Shown piece by piece: positions 52,301 to 62,469 of a stretch of DNA of 64,000 nt. The stretch is from positions 486,768 to 550,767 of the forward strand of contig RQSC01000014.1 of the NCBI GenBank assembly GCA_013416795.1, given 5' to 3'. The translations under genes were made by a program, and so were the position numbers. The first letter of the stretch is position 1; each line of letters begins with the position of its first letter. The DNA is from Prasinococcaceae sp. CCMP 1430. Taxonomy: Eukaryota > Plantae > Prasinodermophyta. The notes beneath the pieces were generated by a model, which was not told the DNA's origin, made no database searches, and saw nothing but the letters and a program-made list of their open reading frames with translations.

Positions 52301-53898
52301 CGAGCGCGTTGCTGTGGCCAGGAGAGCGTCAACGGCGGGCAGTGTCATGTCCGCGTGTGTGCCACCCGCGCCGATGAGAGCCTTGCCCACGCACTTGCAA
52401 AGGAGCTGCCAGCACTGCGCTGCGGCGACCTGAAGAGAATCAGCGTCCGCTCTGGGTGCGGCGAGGCAGTGCTGGAAGGCGGCATCCAGCACGCGAGCAA
52501 GCGTTTCCACGCGCTCCAGCATGTGTTGTTCCCAGTCTTGCTCGGCACCTTCGTGCAGCTCGCCTGGATGCTGCGTGCTGTCGTGGCGCGCTGGGCTCCG
52601 ATCCATAGAGGCGACCGTGCCTTCACTGGTGGTGGGAAAACTATTTGGCTCCGTATTCGGCTCGGTATCGAAAAGGTACACGGCCGGCCCGACTGAAGCG
52701 GCGGGGTCACCGCCGCGCGTCCGACCACCATCGATATGTTTGAGCAACGCCAGCAAGCATGCCAAGCCGCGTGAGGCGCCAGCGAGAGCGTCGGCGGTGT
52801 AAGGGCGGGGCGGCGCTTTCCACACGCTGACTTTGAGGACCTTGTCCACGACGCAACCCCAGGCCACGCGCGCGTTGTCGCCGGGGGCGAGCAGCTCACG
52901 AGGCGCCACCGAGCGCACCAGCTCCTCCCACGTGCTCATCGCAGTCTGCGCAACGGCACCATCAGATTCAATGCCATTGATTGCCCGCGGGAGCGGTTGC
53001 GCGCCCAGCTTGAGGTGCTTGAAATGCCGCACGCAGCCCGAGCGGGCGAGCGCTCGGACGAATTCGCGCCATGCGCGCTGCCCCTCAACGCGCTCTGCTG
53101 CGCGCTTGCTCATGAGCACGCCGAGCATCGGCTTGAGCAGTGGATTGAGCAGATCTGGGTTTCGAAGAGTGGACGCGTCGAGCATGCTCACATACATGCG
53201 CCACAGGCGCATTGCACGTGCCACCTCGCCTTGCGCGACCAAGTTCTGCACAGTGGATATCAGCTGCTGCCGGCCTTCTGCCGACTTGACCTGCCGAATC
53301 ACGCCATTGCTGCTACCTGTTCCGTTGCTTCCGGCCGACCCGCCACCAATGGTGACCTCGTCCCTGTGGGAAGTCAGGGCACCCACGCTGGCAGCCGCAC
53401 AGACTGCAGCGGCGAAGGCATCGGCGAGCTGCGGCGGGGCGTCGCTGCCTGCGATGCGAACAGCCTGCTCGGCCCACGCCTCCGCTTGCCTTCCAACGGC
53501 GGCGGGAATGAGCGCGGCGAAGCACACTAGCGCCCGCGCAGCCTCACGGCTGGTCTGTGCGTGCGCCTCGGCGCCGAAGTCGCCTGCGTGGATCACCCAC
53601 GACGCCGCGGCCCCTACCATGAGGTCGGCGGTCCTTTCGGGGAGCTCGGCGGCCGCGTCGCACAGGCACACGCACGCGCCGCCCTCCAAGTGGAAGAGGT
53701 TCTGGGCCTGCAGGCCCGCGAGCGCGAGCGCGGCGGCGTGCGAGTTCTCACCCTTTTCCCCAGCGAGGCTCGCCGCCTCGGCGAGGGCGCCAATGGCGTC
53801 CGCGCATCGCTCTGCAGCACCGTGGCCGGCGAGCTCGTCCGGCGCCGCGCACAGCGCGCTGAGGCGCTTCGCGGCCTCCTCAGCGTCGGCGCCGCTCG
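49358..53898 (-). CDS. RIF1: Rif1-like protein (HEAT-repeat N-terminus, long disordered C-terminus); 5' end unresolved
   Basis: AMRLWRMYVSML...NPDLLNPLLKPM...RVEGQRAWREFVRAL...KHLKLGAQPL...AMSTWEELV resembles the recalled plant Rif1_N pattern; RVGF PP1-docking-like motif; size fits. Confidence 0.65.
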
Positions 53899-54020
53899 CT
53901 GCGCGCGCGCGCACCGCGAGACGGCGAGGATGGGCACGGACGTGACGACGAGCAGCTCGACTCCGCGCACCGCAGCGCGGGCGCGGGCGCGCGCCGAGCG
54001 CAGCGCCAGACGAGGGTCGA

Positions 54021-54021
54021 T

Positions 54022-54056
<35 letters not shown>

Positions 54057-54180
54057 AGGCGTTGAGAGACACTTGAGGCTCGGGCGTCCGGAGCGAGCGA
54101 TGAGCTCGACGGGCGGATGGCCGCGCTCCGGAGCACAGGCGGCGGGGGTGGGGTGGGTGGGTGGGTGGGTGGGTGGGGGC
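54021..54180 (+). repeat. Poly-G run (about 54022-54053) and (GGGT)n tract (about 54144-54179)
   Basis: Directly visible G-tract clusters. Confidence 0.85.
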
Positions 54181-54728
54181 GGCGCCGCGTCTCGCGTGCG
54201 CTGTGGGCCGCCTTCGCGCCTTTTCCCTCCGTCTCTGCGTTTTCGCGCGGGGCGCGCGGCGGGGTCGCCCTCGGGCACATCATCCCAACCAGCGCATGAA
54301 AGATCACCCCAAAGCGGGGCGGGGGTGGGACGCGCGAGTGCGGGGATCCGAGGCTGTTAGGGTCGGATCAATAAAGGGTTTCTGAATCGAGGGTCCACGC
54401 TGGGCAGCTGCCGTTTAGGGCTGCGTTCCCCGTTCCCCTCTGGGCACCGCGCGGCGTGCCGCCGCCGTTCTCGGCGACGCGCGGGCGGGCGAGGGCGAGG
54501 GCGCGCCGGGGCTGGAGGGGGAGGGGGAGGGGGGGGGCGCTCAGAGCACGCCGTGTGGCACACGAACCACACAATTGCAATGCGCATTGCCGCATTGGAA
54601 CGGTTTGGATGCAATTTGACGTGGGGCGTTCTTTGACCGGGCCCTTGCGGCGTGATGCGTGGGTGGATAGCCGTCGATTGATGATTTACAAGTAGAATTA
54701 CAGTCACTTTTTGCGGAACATTTTGATT

Positions 54729-55406
54729 TCAACTCAGATGTTTGTTTTTGGCGTCGGGGTCGGTCACCGGTAGGCGCGCGCGACGGCGGCGGCGGCGGCG
54801 GCGTGCGCGGCGGGTCGCGCGCCCGAGCGCCGCGGCGGCGAGCATGAATCTTCCGCCGCGCGCGGCGCCCGCCAGGGCGCGAAGTGCCGCGCCGCGGTCC
54901 GCGGCGGCAAGCGCGGCATCGGCGATCTCGCCGAGCAGCACCGAGCTCATCTCCACCTTGAAGAGGGACGCCCAGGCGTCCTCGTCGGGAACAGAGGCCG
55001 CGAAGGCGATCCTCGCGTCAGCGTCGCCCTTGCGCGCGCGCCAACCGCGCTCGAACTCGTCCTTGGTTGCCGGGGCGCCCTCCTCCACCTGGCCCAGCGC
55101 CTCCTGCGCCTTGATCGCTATCGCGCCGGCGACCGCGGCGGTGGCGTCCTCGCCCTTGTCCACGCCGAAGGTCCAGGCCGGGGCGTTCTCCTCCGCCTTG
55201 ACCTTGCCTGAGAATCCCCTCAGCGCATCCACCTCCTTGGTGTCCATCGGCGTCAGGTGCGCCGTGGCGACCATGTTCTTGAAGCTGTCATAGTCGGCGA
55301 GCTGGCCCACCGCGCGCTTCTTCGCGTCGTCCTGCTGCGCGCGCAGCTTGTCCTCCGCGAGGAGGTTGGCGAGGCCCGAGCGCTCGAACGGCTTCACGTC
55401 TCCCAT
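54729..55406 (-). CDS. CCDC103: CCDC103 / DNAAF19 axonemal dynein attachment factor
   Basis: LAEDKLRAQQDDAKKRAVGQLADYDSFKNMVATAHLTPMD (dynein-attachment N-terminal motif); PATKDEFERGWR...LFKVEMSS.LLGEI...GRFML (RPAP3_C-like); ATG at 55406. Confidence 0.85.
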   Translation of the reverse strand: MGDVKPFERSGLANLLAEDKLRAQQDDAKKRAVGQLADYDSFKNMVATAHLTPMDTKEVDALRGFSGKVKAEENAPAWTFGVDKGEDATAAVAGAIAIKAQEALGQVEEGAPATKDEFERGWRARKGDADARIAFAASVPDEDAWASLFKVEMSSVLLGEIADAALAAADRGAALRALAGAARGGRFMLAAAALGRATRRARRRRRRRRARLPVTDPDAKNKHLS

Positions 55407-55807
55407 ACCCCCTCCGCCCGCCCCCGTTCCCCGGCGCCGAGCGCCCGCGCGCGCGCCCGGGCGCGCGCGGTGTGCCGTCGCCCGCGCGCGCCCTCGCGCG
55501 GATAAAATGCGGCGCTCCCGCCACGCGGCCGCGCCGCGCCCTCGCGCGACGCGAATGCTCCCCATCAATCCCCATCTGGAATCCCTTCATCTATTTGGAA
55601 TATTGAAGGAATCCAATGGAATCCATGTGTCGCCGCGCGTGACGGAGGGGGCGCTCGCCGTGGGCAATTGGGTGGCCGCGCGGGGTTCCGGAGATGGATT
55701 CGCTTGGATTCCTGAATTGAGCGCGGGTGAGCGCCGTGGAATCGGTTTGAAGGGCGGAGCGGAACCGCCCGGTTTCGCCCCGGGTTCCGCGCGCGCTGCG
55801 GCGGCAG

Positions 55808-58402
55808 CTGCGCGAGCAGATCCGCGTCGACGTCGGGGACAGGGGGAGGGGCTACGAGAGCGGCGAGGGGTTCGGCGATGGTTACGGCGATGAGCTCCTG
55901 AGACGGTATGGATATGGCACGGGGCGGGGGCGCGACTCTCGCCCGTCGTCGCGACCGCCGTCGCGCGCGCAGTCGTTGCGCGGCTCGCCGGCGCGCGACG
56001 CGGGGAGCCGGCAGCTGCGCTCGCACTCGCAGCGCAGCTCTCCGGTGCGCAGCAACTACGGCCGCGACTACGAGGCGTACGAGCGTTCCTCCGCCCGCGA
56101 GAGGCCACGGAGCGGCAGCAGTACGTCGCTCTATGGCAGGGGAGGCACCGCATCCGCTTCGACTTCGCTGCGGGGGTCGCCTGCTGGCTCGCTGTCCGGG
56201 CGGCCTTCCCGGGCCGCTGCGCTGCGGTCGCCTGGACGGCGGCGAAACTCGCCCCCTCCACCGCCGCGACGATTCAACGCGAGCCGCGAGCTGTTCGCTG
56301 AGAGCGGCGTGGGGCGAGCTGGTAGAAGCGCCCGTGGTCCCACACCCAGCTCCAGTCGGCCGGCGTCTTCTCGACAAGGTCGCTCGAAACTTCCGGGGTA
56401 TATGCAGCCGCGCGGACAAAGCCGCTCAGTGAGCCGAGCGGGGACAAGGGCGACGAGTCGCGCCGGCAGCCAGGCGGCCAGCCGCGCCAATAGCAGGCCC
56501 ACCAGTCGACCGACGAGCCGCGCTGGGAGCAGAGCGCCGAGCCGCTCCACGAGCCGCGTTGGGAGTCGTTCAAATAGCCGCGCGCACAGCCCCGAGCCGG
56601 CATTCCGCTCGCTGTACGACACGCCCGCCCACCGCAACCGCTCGATAAGCCCCTCGCACCGAGGGGACAGGCGCCGGGGCTACAGCGCCAGCCGCGAGCG
56701 CCCACCACTGCGAGAGAGCAGCAGCTTCACACTCGGGACGCTACGTGACGTGCGCGCGACGCTCGAGGCAGGCAGGTCCACGCGGGCCAAGGGATCGGCG
56801 CGCAGGCCCAGCGCAAGCGCACGCGGCCTCAGCGGCGGTGCAGCTTCGCACCCGAAGAAGCGCGGCCAGAGCGCGCGTGGCCCAGTGCCGAGCTACATGC
56901 GGCCCCTCGAGAGGGGTGCCCCCTCGCGTCGGAGCAGTCGAGCTCTGGCCTCAGAGCGCTCGGCGCCGTTGTTGCCCAGCTGGAGTGCTGCCCATACCAG
57001 GAGGAGCAGGAGTGTGCTCGACCGAACGCCCTCTCCACCGCGGAGGCCCCCGCTCTCCGAGCGCGGGCGCCAAACAGCGAGCATTTACGCCCAACCTGTC
57101 CTCGCTTCTCGCAGAGGGAAAGCGGCGAGCTCGTCGCGCACGCGGGCTGCCGCAGCGCCGGAGCTCAGACCTCGGGCTGCATCCGCAAGGGGGGGACCGA
57201 GGCGCAGCTTCGACGAGCGCGAGGAAGGGCGCGTGGGCAGGCGCCGCGCGAGCGAGCATGAGTCGCAACTGGGCTCGTTCGTTGACTCGCTGTTGAGCGG
57301 TGGAGGTGCGCACCCCTACGCTGGCGACGACTTTGGCCAGACGCGCGGCCGCGAGGGTGATCGCGGGCGCTCCACCGGGCGAGCGAGCGTGCGCCTGCCA
57401 AGCAATTCCGCTCGGGCGCCGCTGTCATTTGGAGGTGCTGCATTCGCCGGTGCAAGGGCGCCTGTGTCTGCTGCGGCCATTGCAGCGGCAGCACAATCGT
57501 CACGAGCACGCAGGTATGACGCCGGGTACAGCAACGGGTATCCTGCGGCCCCGCAAACTTTCGAGCATGTCTCCGGCGAGCCGCAACCGCCGACGTACTT
57601 CGACCACTCGACGTACGGTGCCCCCTCTTCATCACCATCCTCGCACCGCGGTGTGGTTCCGCCCTCGGCGTATGAGCGGCACGGGCATCAGCCAAACTAT
57701 CATACCCCGCCGTACCAACCGCCTGCGAGTGGTGGGAGCTACAGCGCGAGGAGTGACTCGTACGCCATGCCCCACGACGTCACGCGCAGCGCAATTCATC
57801 GTGGCCGTGCATGGTATGCACCGCCTCCAGGCTACGCGTCGGCGCCAGCATCGCCTACCTACAATCCATCCTCACATGGGTACCATCATGCGCCGTCTCC
57901 TGCGCGTTCTGTTGGCTCGACTCATTCCGCGGGCCACGTGGACGTTCTGAGCTCAGCTAGGGAACACGCGGCGGCGTACGCACGCGCGTCGGTATACGCT
58001 CCCAGACATTCGCCATCCAAGGTTGCTGCTGTGCAGCCACCGCCACCACAGGGTACGTATCGGACAGGGGTTGTCTCAGCGGCTCCACTGGCGAGCATGC
58101 CCAGCTACTATGGATCGCATGGTGCACCGACCAGCTCGCCCGTGGTCCAGCCACCGTCTTCGCTGTATGCAGTGCACAGTGCGCCGGACGTGGGCATGAC
58201 CCCTGGGCCCTCGGCAGCTCAGCGATACCTGGAGCAGTACCGCGCGATGTATGGCAGTGGTGCTGGCGCGACCCTACATGCGACTGCAGCAGCATCTCCA
58301 CCCCCTCCTCCGCAAGGGTATACTGCTAGCGCGGGCAAAGGTGCCGTTGCACAGCAGCGATACAGCAGCACTGCCGCTGGGGCGGCCTTAATCTTCACAT
58401 AG
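55808..58402 (+). CDS. Large intrinsically disordered protein: Ser/Arg-rich N-terminus, Pro/Tyr/Ser/His-rich C-terminus; start unresolved
   Basis: Uninterrupted frame of more than 860 codons; repeated SRxxSR units and LPGYMQP / VPSYMRP motifs; possible CAG acceptor at 55805-55807. Confidence 0.65.
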   Translation: MREQIRVDVGDRGRGYESGEGFGDGYGDELLRRYGYGTGRGRDSRPSSRPPSRAQSLRGSPARDAGSRQLRSHSQRSSPVRSNYGRDYEAYERSSARERPRSGSSTSLYGRGGTASASTSLRGSPAGSLSGRPSRAAALRSPGRRRNSPPPPPRRFNASRELFAESGVGRAGRSARGPTPSSSRPASSRQGRSKLPGYMQPRGQSRSVSRAGTRATSRAGSQAASRANSRPTSRPTSRAGSRAPSRSTSRVGSRSNSRAHSPEPAFRSLYDTPAHRNRSISPSHRGDRRRGYSASRERPPLRESSSFTLGTLRDVRATLEAGRSTRAKGSARRPSASARGLSGGAASHPKKRGQSARGPVPSYMRPLERGAPSRRSSRALASERSAPLLPSWSAAHTRRSRSVLDRTPSPPRRPPLSERGRQTASIYAQPVLASRRGKAASSSRTRAAAAPELRPRAASARGGPRRSFDEREEGRVGRRRASEHESQLGSFVDSLLSGGGAHPYAGDDFGQTRGREGDRGRSTGRASVRLPSNSARAPLSFGGAAFAGARAPVSAAAIAAAAQSSRARRYDAGYSNGYPAAPQTFEHVSGEPQPPTYFDHSTYGAPSSSPSSHRGVVPPSAYERHGHQPNYHTPPYQPPASGGSYSARSDSYAMPHDVTRSAIHRGRAWYAPPPGYASAPASPTYNPSSHGYHHAPSPARSVGSTHSAGHVDVLSSAREHAAAYARASVYAPRHSPSKVAAVQPPPPQGTYRTGVVSAAPLASMPSYYGSHGAPTSSPVVQPPSSLYAVHSAPDVGMTPGPSAAQRYLEQYRAMYGSGAGATLHATAAASPPPPPQGYTASAGKGAVAQQRYSSTAAGAALIFT

Positions 58403-58459
58403 CTAGAACCCCACTGCGAATCTGCGATCGATAATAAGCAAACGTGTTGGACTCGCTAT

Positions 58460-59464
58460 TTACGCCCCAGCAGCGGCGTCCGCGGCCTCGCCGTCGCTTT
58501 CGCTGTCGCTGTCGACGAGGCCGAAGGCTGCGGCCATCTGCATGGCGAGCCGCGCGGCAACGTCCCTCCTTTCGCCGTCGCCCAGGGTGGCAGCGTTGTC
58601 GCGCGCCGCCGCCAGTTGGCCCATTAGCTGCTCGAATCTCTCCACGCCGTCCTCGTCCGCACCGCCAATGACACCCTCGCCGCGAGGCCCTTCGCCCTCG
58701 AGCAGGGCCCCCTCCAGCGCGGCCATCGCCTGCCGTGTGCGTTCCGCAGGCTCGATGTCAGCGCCCTGGTCCCGCGCACCCGTTGTCACTGAGGCACCCG
58801 AGGCGATGTCTGTACCACCGCCTGGTCGGCGCTGCGCATCAACAGGGGCGCCCTTGGGCTTGCGGATCATCGTGCTCCACGCAGTCACGGCAAGCGCGTC
58901 CCGCACGCGCCGCAATCCCTCTCCACACGCCTCCCACAGCGCCGCGTCCCTGCTCGGGTCGTCCGACACGAACACGTGCTCGAAGCCGTTCTCGTAGCAC
59001 CACTCGGCGAGAGGAGCGTCCGTCTCTTGCCCCTCAAGCGCACCGACGCCCACCACGAGCTGCGTGTCAGCGGCCTGCGTGGCTGCGGCCCCGTGAGCAG
59101 CGCGTATGTACGGTCCGATCGTCGCAGAGAGCGCAGCCGTCCCGCTGCCGGCGCCTCCCGCCGCATCGTAGAGAAGGACGAGCGCCTCAGCGGCCTCGTG
59201 CGCGCGGCGCGCTTCATCTCCGAGAACCCCAGCCTCGCCTGAGCTATCGATGACGACTGTGTGCACGTCAACGGCTGCAGTGTAATACTTGGTGTCGACC
59301 ACCACCGCGGCGGCGACGTGCCGTTCATCGGACGTTGGGGCCTTGTCAGAGGCTGCTGCGGGCAGCGCGACGTCGGCGTCGAACGCCGCCCGCAGCACGG
59401 CGGCTGCCCGCGCGCCGCTGGCGTCGGCGAAGACGCCACATACTGCGGCCGCCGCCGCGGGCAT
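58460..59464 (-). CDS. AAGAB: Alpha- and gamma-adaptin-binding protein p34
   Basis: VDTKYYTAAV, AEALVLLYD, EWCYENGFEHV, GLRRVRDALAVTAWS.M, VERFEQLMGQL...RRDVAARLAMQM. Confidence 0.85.
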   Translation of the reverse strand: MPAAAAAVCGVFADASGARAAAVLRAAFDADVALPAAASDKAPTSDERHVAAAVVVDTKYYTAAVDVHTVVIDSSGEAGVLGDEARRAHEAAEALVLLYDAAGGAGSGTAALSATIGPYIRAAHGAAATQAADTQLVVGVGALEGQETDAPLAEWCYENGFEHVFVSDDPSRDAALWEACGEGLRRVRDALAVTAWSTMIRKPKGAPVDAQRRPGGGTDIASGASVTTGARDQGADIEPAERTRQAMAALEGALLEGEGPRGEGVIGGADEDGVERFEQLMGQLAAARDNAATLGDGERRDVAARLAMQMAAAFGLVDSDSESDGEAADAAAGA

Positions 59465-59691
59465 GCTGAAAGAGCGCGATGCGCGCGGCGGTTGCGCGTC
59501 ACGCTGTGGCGCGGGACGGGACGGCGCCCGGCGCGCGCAGTGGCGCACGGCGCACCGGCTCGCCTGATCGCCCAGATTTTTGGGCGCAGGAACTGGAGAC
59601 CGCCAGGGTGTCGCCGACTGCAGGCCCGGGCCGGCGCCACAGTGCGCCGCGCCGCGCGGCGCCCGCGGCCGGGGGCAGCCCGCCCGCAGCC

Positions 59692-60654
59692 ATGGTCGGT
59701 ACTGTCGCAGAGGTAACCTCGCTGACCATCTACCCGGTCAAGTCGTGCGGGGGCGTGGACGTGTCGCCGCTTGCGGAGCGCTGGCCAGTCGACACCGAGG
59801 GGCTGCGCCACGATCGCGAATGGGTCGTCGTCGACGCAGACACGGGGCGCTTCGCTTCGCAGCGCGCGACGCCGCGCATGGCGACAGTCCGCTGCTCGCT
59901 TGATTTGACGGTCGGCGAGCTCGTGCTGTCATCTGCGGCGTGCGGCGGCGCGTTGCGCGTGCCGCTCGCGGCGCCGGCTCAGACCGCGCTCTCGCCGCGG
60001 GACGTGCGCGTGTGGGAGTTCAAAGGACAGGCGCACGATGAAGGCGATCCTGCTGCGGAATGGATGACGCGCGCGCTTGCACAGGATGATGGCGATGGCG
60101 GAGGGGGCAGGGCTTTTCGCCTCGTGCGCTTCGACGCGCGTCTCAGCTCTCGTCCACTGGACGCGGACTTCGTCGGCCCGGATTTTGAAGGCGGCACTCG
60201 CTTCTCAGACGGCTACCCCATGCTCATAGCGTCGCACGAGAGCCTCGGCGCGCTCAACGAGGCCCTCACCGCGAAGGGAGAGACTGCCGTGCCGCTCGAG
60301 CGCTTCCGCGCGAACATCGTCGTGCGAGGCGCCGCCGGTAAAGCGCTCGCGCCGTATGAGGAGGACACGTGGCTCAAATTCCGTTGCGGCGGCATCGACC
60401 TCGCGATGGTGAAGCCGTGTGCGCGGTGCACCATGCCGTCTGTGGACCAACAAACTGGCCACAAGCCGAGCCCGAGTGAGCCTCTTCGCACTTTGACAGA
60501 CACCCGCAAGGGATCCGATCTGGGCTACACCCGCAAGAAGATGAGCGGGGGCGCGTACTTTGGTGCCAACGTTGTGGCCTTGCCTGGTGTGACCTCGGCG
60601 TCACTGGGGGTCGGCGACGCCATCCAGGTGATTGAAGCAGGGGCCTGGGAGTGA
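59692..60654 (+). CDS. MOSC-domain (mARC-like) molybdoprotein
   Basis: LTIYPVKSCGG, DREWVVVD, SQRATPRMA, FSDGYPMLIAS..SL..LN, RFRANIVV, EEDTW, VKPCARCTMPSVDQ. Confidence 0.93.
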   Translation: MVGTVAEVTSLTIYPVKSCGGVDVSPLAERWPVDTEGLRHDREWVVVDADTGRFASQRATPRMATVRCSLDLTVGELVLSSAACGGALRVPLAAPAQTALSPRDVRVWEFKGQAHDEGDPAAEWMTRALAQDDGDGGGGRAFRLVRFDARLSSRPLDADFVGPDFEGGTRFSDGYPMLIASHESLGALNEALTAKGETAVPLERFRANIVVRGAAGKALAPYEEDTWLKFRCGGIDLAMVKPCARCTMPSVDQQTGHKPSPSEPLRTLTDTRKGSDLGYTRKKMSGGAYFGANVVALPGVTSASLGVGDAIQVIEAGAWE

Positions 60655-60744
60655 CATGTATGTACATACAGTACAGTGTAGCATATTGAGAGTAAGGCTT
60701 CTACACCGCCAATTGCTTTACACATTGCTGTACTACTTTTCGTC

Positions 60745-62469
60745 CTAAAGCACGGGTCTGGCGCCGGGCTCGAGCGCCGGCGACACGAGGGGCGGCTCGC
60801 AGAAGTAGCTCGGGTAGAGCTCCTGGCTGATCCACTCGTACAGCATGAGGTCGTACATGTTGTCGGCCTCGAGCACAGCGCGCAGCTCCGGGACCTTCAA
60901 TATCTGCAGCTCAAGGACGCTCTCGTGGTGTCCAGGCGGTAGCATGAAGTCTGGGTGCATGGACGCGCCGGCATTGCCGCCCAGCAGTGCGAACGCCCGC
61001 TTGGCGTCGCACCCGAGGCGCTCGAGTGGAACGATTGCGTTGAAGGATGCCGCGGCCTGTCGCGCTAGCACAAAGTCTTCGTACGTCACCCTCCGATGGA
61101 AGTTGATCCCACATCCAGCTATACCGTAGTTGTTGAGGAGGAGCGGATTGCCTCTCGCTTTCGACAAGTAGCCCATCGGGCAGGAGCAATTCTGCGAGAG
61201 CAGCCGCACGAGATAGTTGTCAATGTAGCAATTCGCGTCAATCCTTCCACCCCCCTTGGTTTTTGCGTGCTGGCCAGCAGCAGTGAGGTCTTTGTCTCGC
61301 ATGCGACTGCATGCCTTGCTCTTGCTCCAGGTGTTGTCCATCCACGAGCGCAGATCTCGCACGGCCGCCTCGAGCTGCTCGTCGCTGACGCGCTCTGGCG
61401 GTCTCGGGCTAATCTTGCCACCCCGTAGGTACTCCCGTATGCCGCCCTTGCCCGTGCAAGGGCGACCCTTGGGGCACGGCCCGCCCAGCGGGGGCGGTTC
61501 GTCCGCGAAGAGCTGCCACAAGCTGTTCAGGCCGTCGAAGACGCTGCTCCAAGACATCTCGCTTTGCCAGCGATGCAGTGGGTGTCGCACGATCGTCACG
61601 AAGCTCGACCGGCGCGCCACCGCCTCGTCATGCATGCACATTACGGGGGCCGCGAGGTACTCCTCGACCATCGTGAGGGCTGAAGTGTTCGCGAGCAGCG
61701 ACTGCGACCGGTTACAGTATGCCTGCCGCTTCAATGGTAGCTCCTCCCGGTCTGTGCGAAAGCCATAATCGTGGCCTCTCGTTGGCACGCCAATGCACCC
61801 CTTCACGAGGTCCCCGCCTGCCTTGCGCTCATGCATCCAATATATGAGTGGCCGCTCGGCCAAGCGATGATTCCCATCGGCAGCATCGGCGGCGCGCACC
61901 GCCGCTGCGCCGGTGGCCTTGTCACGCGCAGCGCTCGGCCATCCGCTCACCTCTGCCGACAGCAGCGCACCTCTGCGGCGCGTAGAGCACTCGTAGCGCC
62001 GAGGCTCGCGCGACACCCCGAGCAAGGCCTCTTCATCGCGACCCCACGAATCGCCTCCGTCCTCCGCTCTCGCGGCCAGGTAGTTGCGTCGAGCATGCAT
62101 GGAGGTGAGGGCGCTTAGCATTGCGGAGCAGTCACCCTCCTCTGGCCACCAGGCGCTTGGTGCATCACTCGCCGCGCTCCTTGTGACGTCATCTGCAGAG
62201 CCTGCCTCCACGTCTACGATTTCTCTCGCGAGACCCTGCGGCCGCAGTGACATGCCAGACTCTTGGGAAGACAGCTTGTCCTCGAGGCGCCCCTCAAGCT
62301 CCCGCAGGACCCCACGCGTAGCGTGCGCGCCGTCTAGAGCCATAACCGGCGGAGACATCAGCACGAGCGCTGCAACCACCGCGAGCAGCGCCTCCACGCG
62401 GAAGCGGCGCCGGGGTGCGGCGGCGGCCGAGCTGGGCGGCGCGGAAGCGCGGCGTCCGGCCGCGCCCAT
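60745..62469 (-). CDS. Golgi-type (type II membrane) sulfotransferase-like protein
   Basis: Hydrophobic anchor ALLAVVAALVLM; YWMHERKAGG (5'-PAPS loop); FVTIVRHPLHRWQSE (3'-PAPS); IDNYLVRLL; N.YDLMLYE. Confidence 0.75.
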   Translation of the reverse strand: MGAAGRRASAPPSSAAAAPRRRFRVEALLAVVAALVLMSPPVMALDGAHATRGVLRELEGRLEDKLSSQESGMSLRPQGLAREIVDVEAGSADDVTRSAASDAPSAWWPEEGDCSAMLSALTSMHARRNYLAARAEDGGDSWGRDEEALLGVSREPRRYECSTRRRGALLSAEVSGWPSAARDKATGAAAVRAADAADGNHRLAERPLIYWMHERKAGGDLVKGCIGVPTRGHDYGFRTDREELPLKRQAYCNRSQSLLANTSALTMVEEYLAAPVMCMHDEAVARRSSFVTIVRHPLHRWQSEMSWSSVFDGLNSLWQLFADEPPPLGGPCPKGRPCTGKGGIREYLRGGKISPRPPERVSDEQLEAAVRDLRSWMDNTWSKSKACSRMRDKDLTAAGQHAKTKGGGRIDANCYIDNYLVRLLSQNCSCPMGYLSKARGNPLLLNNYGIAGCGINFHRRVTYEDFVLARQAAASFNAIVPLERLGCDAKRAFALLGGNAGASMHPDFMLPPGHHESVLELQILKVPELRAVLEADNMYDLMLYEWISQELYPSYFCEPPLVSPALEPGARPVL

